Positions 1-12,000 of a stretch of DNA of 64,000 nt are shown in pieces. Numbering within the stretch: position 1 is the first letter of the stretch; each line of letters begins with the position of its first letter. Source of the stretch: Tubulanus polymorphus (Eukaryota > Animalia > Nemertea); NCBI RefSeq assembly GCF_964204645.1, contig NC_134032.1:5196275-5260274 (forward strand), read 5' to 3'. Below the pieces are notes generated by a model. The model was not told the origin of the DNA. It ran no database searches and saw only the letters and a program-made list of their open reading frames with translations. The translations under genes and the position numbers were made by a program.

Positions 1-3000
1 AAAGACGTTTTCTTATCAAATTGTCCCCCTATCGGAAGAATGACGATTTTGATGCGTAAGAGCGCTCAAAAGTTAGGAAAAGCACATTTCGACCAGAAAA
101 CGTCGTTCAGAGCGAGAAAAGACGTTTTCTTATAAAATTTCCCCCCTATCGGAAAAATGACGATTTTGATGCGTAAGAGCGCTCAAAAGTTAGGAAAAGC
201 ACATTTCGACCAGAAAACGTCGTTCAGAGCGAGAAAAGACGTTTTCTTATCAAATTTCCCCCCTATCGAAAAAATGACGATGTCGATGCGTAAAAGCGCT
301 CAAATTGTCATGAAAAGCACATTTCGACCCGAAAACGTCGTTCAGACCGAGAAAAGACATTTTCTTATCAAATTTCCCCCTATCGGAAAAATGACGATGT
401 CGATGCGTAAAAGCGCTCAAATAGTCAGGAAAAGCACATTTTGACCCGAAAACGTCGATCGGAGCGAGAAAAGACGTTTTCTTATCAAATTGTCTCCCTA
501 TCGGAAAAATGACGATGTCGATGCGTAAAAGCCCTCAAATCGTCAGGAAAAGCACATTTCGACCCGAAAACGTCGTTCCGCGCGGGAAAAGACGTTTTCT
601 TATAAAATTTCCCCCCTATCGGAAAATGACGATTTCGATGCGTAAGAGCGCTCAAAAGTCAGGAAAAGCACATTTCGACCCGAAAACGTCGTTCAGCGCG
701 AGAAAAGACGTTTTCTTATCAAATTTCCCCCCTATCGGAAAAATGACGATGTCGATGCGTAAAAGCGCTCAAATAGTCAGGAAAAGCACATTTCGACCCG
801 AAAACGTCGTTCAGACCGAGAAAAGACATTTTCTTATCAAATTTCCCCCCTATCGGAAAAATGACGATGTCGATGCGTAAAAGCGCTCAAATCGTCAGGG
901 AAAGCACATTTTGACCCGAAAACGTCGATCGGAGCGAGAAAAGACGTTTTCTTATCAAATTGTCCCCCTATCGGAAAAATGACGATGTCGATGCGTAAAA
1001 GCCCTCAAATCGTCAGGAAAAGCACTTTTCGACCCGAAAACGTCGTTCCGCGCGAGAAAAGACGTTTTCTTATCAAATTTCCCCCTATCGAAAAAATGAC
1101 GATGTCGATGCGTAAAAGCGCTCAAATCGTCAGGAAAAGCACATTTCGACCAGAAAACGTCGTTCAGAGCGAGAAAAGACTTTTTCTTATCAAATTTCCC
1201 CCCTATCGAAAAAATGACTATGTCGATGCGTAAAAGCGCTCAAATCGTCAGGAAAAGCACATTTCGACCCGAAAACGTCGTTCCGCGCGGGAAAAGACGT
1301 TTTCTTATAAAATTTCCCCCCTATCGGAAAAATGACGATTTCGATGCGTAAGAGCGCTCAAAAGTCAGGAAAAGAAGTCAGGAAAAGCACATTTCGACCC
1401 GAAAACGTCGTTCAGCGCGAGAAAAGACGTTTTCTTATCAAATTTCCCCCCTATCGGAAAATGACGATGTCGATGCGTAAAAGCGCTCAAATAGTCAGGA
1501 AAAGCACATTTCGACCCGAAAACGTCGTTCAGAGCGAGAAAAGACGTTTTCTTATCAAATTTTCCCCCTATCGGAAAAATGACGATGTCGATGCGTAAAA
1601 GCGCTCAAATAGTCAGGAAAAGCACATTTCGACCCTAAAACGTCGTTCAGTGCGAGAAAAGACGTTTTCTTATCAAATTGTCTCCCTATCGGAAAAATGA
1701 CGATGTCGATGCGTAAAAGCGCTCAAATCGTCAGGAAAAGCACATTTCGACCAGAAAACGTCGTTCAGAGCGAGAAAAGATGTTTTCTTATCAAATTTCC
1801 CCCCTATCGAAAAAATGACGATGTCCATGCGTAAAAGCGCTCAAATCGTCAGGAAAAGCACATTTCGACCCGAAAACATCGTTCCGCGCGAGAAAAGACG
1901 TTTTCTTATCAAATTTCCCCCTATCGGAAAAATGACGATGTCGATGCGTAAGAGCGCTCAAATAGTCAGGAAAAGCACATTTCGACCCGAAAACGTCGTT
2001 CAGAGCGAGAAAAGACGTTTTCTTATCAAATTTCCCCCCTATCGAAAAAATGACGATGTCGATGCGTAAAAGAGCTCAAATCGTCAGGAAAAGCACATTT
2101 CGACCCGAAAACGTCGTTCAGAGCGAGAAAAGACGTTTTCTTATCAAATTGTCCCTATCGGAAGAATGACGATGTCGATGCGTAAAAGCGCTCAAATCGT
2201 CAGGAAAAGCACATTTCGACCAGAAAACGTCGTTCAGAGCGAGAAAAGACGTTTTCTTATCAAATTTTCCCCCTATCGGAAGAATGACGATGTCGATGCG
2301 TAAAAGCGCTCAAATCGTCAGGAATACAAATTTCGACCAGAAAACGTCGTTCAGAGCGAGAAAAGACGTTTTCTTATAAAATTTCCCCCCTATCGAAAAA
2401 ATGATGATGTCGATGCGTAAAAGCGCTCAAATCGTCAGGAAAAACACATTTCGACCGGAAAACGTCGTTCAGTGCGAGAAAAGACGTTTTCTTATCAAAT
2501 TGTCCCCCTATCGGAAAAATGACGTTGTCGATGCGTAAAAGCCCTCAAATCGTCAGGGAAAGCACATTTCGACCCGAAACGTCGTTCAGAGCGAGAAAAG
2601 ACGTTTTCTTATCAAATTGTCCCCCTATCGGAAAAATGACGATGTCGATGCGTAAGAGCGCTCAAATAGTCTGGAAAAGCACATTTCGACCCGAAAACGT
2701 CGTTCAGAGCGAGAAAAGACGTTTTCTTATCAAATTTTCCCCCTATCGGAAAAATGACGATGTCGATGCGTAAGAGCGCTCAAATAGTCAGGAAAAGCAC
2801 ATTTCGACCCGAAAACGTCGTTCAGAGCGAGAAAAGACGTTTTCTTATCAAATTTCCCCCCTATCGAAAAAATGACGATGTCGATGCGTAAAAGAGCTCA
2901 AATCGTCAGGAAAAGCACATTTCGACCCGAAAACGTCGTTCAGAGCGAGAAAAGACGTTTTCTTATCAAATTGTCCCCCTATCGGAAAAATGACGATGGC

Positions 3001-6000
3001 GATGCGTAAAAGCGCTCAAATCGTCAGGAAAAGCACATTTCGACCAGAAAACGTCGTTCAGAGCGAGAAAAGACATTTTCTTATCAAATTTCCCCCTATC
3101 GGAAAATTGACGATGGCGATGCGTAAAAGCGCTCAAATCGTCAGGAAAAGCACATTTCGACCAGAAAACGTCGTTCAGAGCGAGAAAAGACGTTTTCTTA
3201 TCAAATTGTCCCCCTATCGGAAGAATGACGATTTTGATGCGTAAGAGCGCTCAAAAGTTAGGAAAAGCACATTTCGACCAGAAAACGTCGTTCAGAGCGA
3301 GAAAAGACGTTTTCTTATAAAATTTCCCCCCTATCGGAAAAATGACGATTTTGATGCGTAAGAGCGCTCAAAAGTTAGGAAAGCACATTTCGACCAGAAA
3401 ACGTCGTTCAGAGCGAGAAAAGACGTTTTCTTATCAAATTTCCCCCTATCGAAAAAATGACGATGTCGATGCGTAAAAGCGCTCAAATTGTCATGAAAAG
3501 CACATTTCGACCCGAAAACGTCGTTCAGACCGAGAAAAGACATTTTCTTATCAAATTTCCCCCCTATCGGAAAAATGACGATGTCGATGCGTAAAAGCGC
3601 TCAAATAGTCAGGAAAAGCACATTTTGACCCGAAAACGTCGATCGGAGCGAGAAAAGACGTTTCTTATCAAATTGTCTCCCTATCGGAAAAATGACGATG
3701 TCGATGCGTAAAAGCCCTCAAATCGTCAGGAAAAGCACATTTCGACCCGAAAACGTCGTTCCGCGCGGGAAAAGACGTTTTCTTATAAAATTTCCCCCTA
3801 TCGGAAAATGACGATTTCGATGCGTAAGAGCGCTCAAAAGTCAGGAAAAGCACATTTCGACCCGAAAACGTCGTTCAGCGCGAGAAAAGACGTTTTCTTA
3901 TCAAATTTCCCCCTATCGGAAAAATGACGATGTCGATGCGTAAAAGCGCTCAAATAGTCAGGAAAAGCACATTTCGACCCGAAAACGTCGTTCAGACCGA
4001 GAAAAGACATTTTCTTATCAAATTTCCCCCCTATCGGAAAAATGACGATGTCAATGCGTAAAAGCGCTCAAATCGTCAGGGAAAGCACATTTTGACCCGA
4101 AAACGTCGATCGGAGCGAGAAAAGACGTTTTCTTATCAAATTGTCCCCCTATCGGAAAAATGACGATGTCGATGCGTAAAAGCCCTCAAATCGTCAGGAA
4201 AAGCACTTTTCGACCCGAAAACGTCGTTCCGCGCGAGAAAAGACGTTTTCTTATCAAATTTCCCCCCTATCGAAAAAATGACGATGTCGATGCGTAAAAG
4301 CGCTCAAATCGTCAGGAAAAGCACATTTCGACCCGAAAACGTCGTTCCGCGCGAGAAAAGGCGTTTTCTTATCAAATTCCCCCCCCTATCGGAAAAATGA
4401 CGATGTCGATGCGTAAGAGCGCTCAAATAGTCAGGAAAAGCACATTTCGACCCGAAAACGTCGTTCAGAGCGAGAAAAGACGTTTTCTTATCAAATTGTC
4501 CCCCTATCGGAAAAATGACGTTGTCGATGCGTAAAAGCCATAAAATCGTCAGGAAAAGCACATTTCGACCAGAAAAACGTCGTTCAGAGCGAGAAAAGAC
4601 TTTTTCTTATCAAATTTCCCCCCTATCGAAAAAATGACGATGTCGATGCGTAAAAGCGCTCAAATCGTCAGGAAAAGCACATTTCGACCCGAAAACGTCG
4701 TTCCGCGCGGGAAAAGACGTTTTCTTATAAAATTTCCCCCCCTATCGGAAAAATGACGATTTCGATGCGTAAGAGCGCTCAAAGTCAGGAAAAGCACATT
4801 TCGACCCGAAAACGTCGTTCAGCGCGAGAAAAGACGTTTTCTTATCAAATTTCCCCCCTATCGGAAAATGACGATGTCGATGCGTAAAAGCGCTCAAATA
4901 GTCAGGAAAAGCACATTTCGACCCGAAAACGTCGTTCAGAGCGAGAAAAGACGTTTTCTTATCAAATTTTCCCCCTATCGGAAAAATGACGATGTCGATG
5001 CGTAAAAGCGCTCAAATAGTCAGGAAAAGCACATTTCGACCCTAAAACGTCGTTCAGTGCGAGAAAAGACGTTTTCTTATCAAATTGTCTCCCTATCGGA
5101 AAAATGACGATGTCGATGCGTAAAAGCGCTCAAATCGTCAGGAAAAGCACATTTCGACCAGAAAACGTCGTTCAGAGCGAGAAAAGATGTTTTCTTATCA
5201 AATTTCCCCCCTATCGAAAAAATGACGATGTCCATGCGTAAAAGCGCTCAAATCGTCAGGAAAAGCACATTTCGACCCGAAAACATCGTTCCGCGCGAGA
5301 AAAGACGTTTTCTTATCAAATTTCCCCCCTATCGGAAAAATGACGATGTCGATGCGTAAGAGCGCTCAAATAGTCAGGAAAAGCACATTTCGACCCGAAA
5401 ACGTCGTTCAGAGCGAGAAAAGACGTTTTCTTATCAAATTTCCCCCTATCGAAAAAATGACGATGTCGATGCGTAAAAGAGCTCAAATCGTCAGGAAAAG
5501 CACATTTCGACCCGAAAACGTCGTTCAGAGCGAGAAAAGACGTTTTCTATCAATTTTCCCCCTATCGGAAGAATGACGATGTCGATGCGTAAAAGCGCTC
5601 AAATCGTCAGGAAAAGCACATTTCGACCAGAAAACGTCGTTCAGAGCGAGAAAAGACGTTTTCTTATCAAATTTTCCCCCTATCGGAAGAATGACGATGT
5701 CGATGCGTAAAAGCGCTCAAATCGTCAGGAATAACAAATTTCGACCAGAAAACGTCGTTCAGAGCGAGAAAAGACGTTTTCTTATAAAATTTCCCCCCTA
5801 TCGAAAAAATGATGATGTCGATGCGTAAAAGCGCTCAAATCGTCAGGAAAAACACATTTCGACCGGAAAACGTCGTTCAGTGCGAGAAAAGACGTTTTCT
5901 TATCAAATTGTCCCCCTATCGGAAAAATGACGTTGTCGATGCGTAAAAGCCCTCAAATCGTCAGGGAAAGCACATTTCGACCCGAAAACGTCGTTCAGAG

Positions 6001-9000
6001 CGAGAAAAGACGTTTTCTTATAAAATTGTCCCCCTATCGGAAAAATGACGATGTCGATGCGTAAGAGCGCTCAAATAGTCTGGAAAAGCACATTTCGACC
6101 CGAAAACGTCGTTCAGAGCGAGAAAAGACGTTTTCTTATCAAATTTTCCCCCTATCGGAAAAATGACGATGTCGATGCGTAAGAGCGCTCAAATAGTCAG
6201 GAAAAGCACATTTCGACCCGAAAACGTCGTTCAGAGCGAGAAAAGACGTTTTCTTATCAAATTTCCCCCCTATCGAAAAAATGACGATGTCGATGCGTAA
6301 AAGAGCTCAAATCGTCAGGAAAAGCACATTTCGACCCGAAAACGTCGTTCAGAGCGAGAAAAGACGTTTTCTTATCAAATTGTCCCCCTATCGGAAAAAT
6401 GACGATGGCGATGCGTAAAAGCGCTCAAATCGTCAGGAAAAGCACATTTCGACCAGAAAACGTCGTTCAGAGCGAGAAAAGACATTTTCTTATCAAATTG
6501 TCCCCTATCGGAAAAATGACGATGGCGATGCGTAAAAGCGCTCAAATCGTCAGGAAAAGCACATTTCGACCAGAAAACGTCGTTCAGAGCGAGAAAAGAC
6601 GTTTTCTTATCAAATTTCCCCCTATCGAAAAAATGACGATGTCGATGCGTAAAAGCGCTCAAATTGTCATGAAAAGCACATTTCGACCCGAAAACGTCGT
6701 TCAGAGCGAGAAAAGACGTTTTCTTATCAAATTGTCCCCCTATCGGAAAATGACGATGTCGATGCGTAAGAGCGCTCAAATAGTCTGGAAAAGCACATTT
6801 CGACCCGAAAACGTCGTTCAGAGCGAGAAAAGACGTTTTCTTATCAAATTTTCCCCCTATCGGAAAAATGACGATGTCGATGCGTAAGAGCGCTCAAATA
6901 GTCAGGAAAAGCACATTTCGACCCGAAAACGTCGTTTAGAGCGAGAAAAGACGTTTTCATATCAAATTTCCCCCCTATCGAAAAAATGACGATGTCGATG
7001 CGTAAAAGAGCTCAAATCGTCAGGAAAAGCACATTTCGACCCGAAAACGTCGTTCAGAGCGAGAAAAGACGTTTTCTTATCAAATTGTCCCCCTATCGGA
7101 AAAATGACGATGTCGATGCGTAAAAGCGCTCAAATAGTCAGGAAAAGCACATTTCGACCCGAAAACGTCGTTCAGAGCGAGAAAAGACGTTTTCTTATCA
7201 AATTGTCCCCCTATCGGAAAAACGACGATGTCGATGCGTAAAAGCGCTCAAATCGTCAGGAAAAGCACATTTCGACCAGAAAACGTCGTTCAGAGCGAGA
7301 AAAGACGTTTTCTTATCAAATTTCTCCCCTATCGAAAAAATGACGATGTCCATGCGTAAAAGCGCTCAAATCGTCAGGAAAAGCACATTTCGACCCGAAA
7401 ACGTCGTTCAGCGCGAGAAAAGACGTTTTCTTATCAAATTGTCCCCCTATCGGAAAATGACGATGTCGATGCGTAAAAGCGCTCAAATCTTCAGGAAAAG
7501 CACATTTCGACCCGAAAACGTCGTTCAGAGCGAGAAAAGACGTTTTCTTATCAAATTTCTCCCCTATCGAAAAATGACGATGTCCATGCGTAAAAGCGCT
7601 CAAATCGTCAGGAAAAGCACATTTCGACCCGAAAACGTCGTTCAGCGCGAGAAAAGACGTTTTCTTATCAAATTGTCCCCCTATCGGAAAAATGACGATG
7701 TCGATGCGTAAAAGCGCTCAAATCTTCAGGAAAAGCACATTTCGACCCGAAAACGTCGATCAGAGCGAGAAAAGGCGTTTTCTTATCAAATTGTCCCCCT
7801 ATCGGAAAAACGACGATGTCGAGGCGTAAAAGCGCTCAAATCGTCAGGAAAAGCACATTTCGACCCGAAATCGTCGATCAGAGCGAGAAGAGACGTTTTC
7901 TTATCAAATTGTCCCCTATCGGAAAAACGACGATGTCGACGCGTGAAAGCGCTCAAATCGTCAGGAAAAAGCACCTTTCGACCCGAAAACGTCGTTCACA
8001 GCGAGAAAAGACGTTTTCTTAACAAATTTTCCCCCTATCGGAAAAACGACGATGTCGATGCGTAAAAGGGCTCAAATCGCCTGGAAAAGTACATTTCGAC
8101 CCGAAAACGTCGTTCAGAGCGAGAAAAGACGTTTTCTGATCAAATTGTCCCCCTATCGGAAAAATGACGATGTCGATGCGTAAAAGCGCTCAAATCGTCA
8201 GGAAAAGCACATTTTGACCAGAAAACGAAGTTCAGAGCGAGAAAAGACGTTTTCTTATCAAATTTCCCCCTATCGAAAAAATGACGATGTCCATGCGTAA
8301 AAGCGCTCAAATCGTCAGGAAAAGCACATTTCGACCGAAAACGTCGTTCAGCGCGAGAAAAGACGTTTCTTATCAAATTGTCCCCCTATCGGAAAAATGA
8401 CGATGTCGATGCGTAAAAGCGCTCAAATCGTCAGGAAAAGCACATTTCGACCCGAAAACGTCGATCAGAGCGAGAAAAGACGTTTTCTTATCAAATTGTC
8501 CCCCTATCGGAAAAACGACGATGTCGAGGCGTAAAAGCGCTCAAATCGTCAGGAAAAGCACATTTCGACCCGAAATCGTCGATCAGAGCGAGAAGAGACG
8601 TTTTCTTATCAAATTGTCCCCCTATCGGGAAAAACGACGATGTCGACGCGTGAAAGCGCTCAAATCGTCAGGAAAAAGCACCTTTCGACCCGAAAACGTC
8701 GTGAGAAAAGACGTTTTCTTATCAAATTTCCCCCCTATCGGAAAAATGACGATGTCGATGCGTAAAAGCGCTCAAATCGTCAGGAAAAGCACATTTCGAC
8801 CCGAAATCGTCGATCAGAGCGAGAAGAGACGTTTTCTTATCAAATTGTCCCCCTATCGGAAAAACGACGATGTCGACGCGTGAAAGCGCTCAAATCGTCA
8901 GGAAAAGCACCTTTCGACCCGAAAACGTCGTTCACAGCGAGAAAAGACGTTTTCTTATCAAATTTTCCCCCTATCGGAAAAATGACGATGTCGATGCGTA

Positions 9001-12000
9001 AGAGCGCTCAAATAGTCAGGAAAAGCACATTTCGACCAGAAAACGTCGTTCAGAGCGAGAAAAGACTTTTTCTTATCAAATTTCCCCCCTATCGAAAAAA
9101 TGACGATGTCGATGCGTAAAAGCGCTCAAATCGTCAGGAAAAGCAGATTTCGTCCCGAAAACGTCGTTCCGCGCGGGAAAAGACGTTTTCTTATAAAATT
9201 TCCCCCCTATCGGAAAAATGACGATTTCGATGCGTAAGAGCGCTCAAAAGTCAGGAAAAGCACATTTCGACCCGAAAACGTCGTTCAGCGCGAGAAAAGA
9301 CGTTTTCTTATCAAATTTCCCCCCTATCGGAAAAATGACGATGTCGATGCGTAAAAGCGCTCAAATAGTCAGGAAAAGCACATTTCGACCCGAAAACGTC
9401 GTTCAGAGCGAGAAAAGACGTTTTCTTATCAAATTTTCCCCCTATCGGAAAAATGACGATGTCGATGCGTAAAAGCGCTCAAATCGTCAGGAAAAGCACA
9501 TTTCGACCCGAAATCGTCGATCAGAGCGAGAAGAGACGTTTTCTTATCAAATTGTCCCCCTATCGGAAAAACGACGATGTCGACGCGTGAAAGCGCTCAA
9601 ATCGTCAGGAAAAGCACCTTTCGACCCGAAAACGTCGTTCACAGCGAGAAAAGACGTTTTCTTATCAAATTTTCCCCCTATCGGAAAAACGACGATGTCG
9701 ATGCGTAAAAGGGCTCAAATCGTCTGGAAAAGTACATTTCGACCCGAAAACGTCGTTCAGAGCGAGAAAAGACGTTTTCTTATCAAATTGTCCCCCTATC
9801 GGAAAAATGACGATGTCGATGCGTAAAAGCGCTCAAATCGTCAGGAAAAGCACATTTCGACCAGAAAACGTCGTTCAGAGCGAGAAAAGACGTTTTCTTA
9901 TCAAATTTTCCCCCTATCGGAAAAATGACGATGTCGATGCGTAAAAGCGCTCAAATCGTCAGGAATAACAAATTTCGACCAGAAAACGTCGTTCAGAGCG
10001 AGAAAAGACGTTTTCTTATAAAATTTCCCCCCTATCGAAAAAATGATGATGTCGATGCGTAAAAGCGCTCAAATCGTCAGGAAAAACACATTTCGACCGG
10101 AAAACGTCGTTCAGTGCGAGAAAAGACGTTTTCTTATCAAATTGTCCCCCTATCGGAAAAATGACGTTGTCGATGCGTAAAAGCCCTCAAATCGTCAGGG
10201 AAAGCACATTTCGACCCGAAAACGTCGTTCAGAGCGAGAAAAGACGTTTTCTTATCAAATTGTCCCCCTATCGGAAAAATGACGATGGCGATGCGTAAAA
10301 GCGCTCAAATCGTCAGGAAAAGCACATTTCGACCAGAAAACGTCGTTCAGAGCGAGAAAAGACATTTTCTTATCAAATTTCCCCCCTATCGGAAAAATGA
10401 CGATGGCGATGCGTAAAAGCGCTCAAATCGTCAGGAAAAGCACATTTCGACCAGAAAACGTCGTTCAGAGCGAGAAAAGACGTTTTCTTATCAAATTGTC
10501 CCCCTATCGGAAGAATGACGATTTTGATGCGTAAGAGCGCTCAAAAGTTAGGAAAAGCACATTTCGACCAGAAGACGTCGTTCAGAGCGAGAAAAGACGT
10601 TTTCTTATAAAATTTCCCCCTATCGGAAAAATGACGATTTTGATGCGTAAGAGCGCTCAAAAGTTAGGAAAAGCACATTTCGACCAGAAAACGTCGTTCA
10701 GAGCGAGAAAAGACGTTTTCTTATCAAATTTCCCCCCTATCGAAAAAATGACGATGTCGATGCGTAAAAGCGCTCAAATTGTCATGAAAAGCACATTTCG
10801 ACCCGAAAACGTCGTTCAGACCGAGAAAAGACATTTTCTTATCAAATTTCCCCCCTATCGGAAAAATGACGATGTCGATGCGTAAAAGCGCTCAAATAGT
10901 CAGGAAAAGCACATTTTGACCCGAAAACGTCGATCGGAGCGAGAAAAGACGTTTTCTTATCAAATTGTCCCCCTATCGGAAAAATGACGATGTCGATGCG
11001 TAAAAGCCCTCAAATCGTCAGGAAAAGCACATTTCGACCCGAAAACGTCGTTCCGCGCGGGAAAAGACGTTTTCCTTATAAAATTTCCCCCCTATCGGAA
11101 AATGACGATTTCGATGCGTAAGAGCGCTCAAAAGTCAGGAAAAGCACATTTCGACCCGAAAACGTCGTTCAGCGCGAGAAAAAACGTTTTCTTATCAAAT
11201 TGTCCCCCTATCGGAAAAATGACGATGTCGATGCGTAAAAGCGCTCAAATAGTCAGGAAAAGCACATTTCGACCCGAAAACGTCGTTCAGAGCGAGAAAA
11301 GACATTTTCTTATCAAATTTCCCCCCTATCGGAAAAATGACGATGTCGATGCGTAAAAGCGCTCAAATCGTCAGGGAAAGCACATTTTGACCCGAAAACG
11401 TCGATCGGAGCGAGAAAAGACGTTTTCTTATCACATTGTCCCCCTATCGGAAAAATGACGATGTCGATGCGTAAAAGCCCTCAAATCGTCAGGAAAAGCA
11501 CTTTTCGACCCGAAAACGTCGTTCCGCGCGAGAAAAGACGTTTTCTTATCAAATTTCCCCCCTATCGAAAAAATGACGATGTCGATGCGTAAAAGCGCTC
11601 AAATCGTCAGGAAAAGCACATTTCGACCCGAAAACGTCGTTCCGCGCGAGAAAAGGCGTTTTCTTATCAAATTCCCCCCCCCCCCCCCCTATCAAAAAAA
11701 TGACGATGTCGATGCGTAAGAGCGCTCAAATAGTCAGGAAAAGCACATTTCGACCCGAAAACGTCGTTCAGAGCGAGAAAAGACGTTTTCTTATCAAATT
11801 GTCCCCCTATCGGAAAAATGACGTTGTCGATGCGTAAAAGCCCTAAAATCGTCAGGAAAAGCACATTTCGACCCGAAAACGTCGTTCAGAGCGAGAAAAG
11901 ACGTTTTCTTATCAAATTTTCCCCCTATCGGAAAAATGACGATGTCGATGCGTAAAAGCGCTCAAATCGTCAGGAAAAGCACATTTCGACCCGAAAACGT

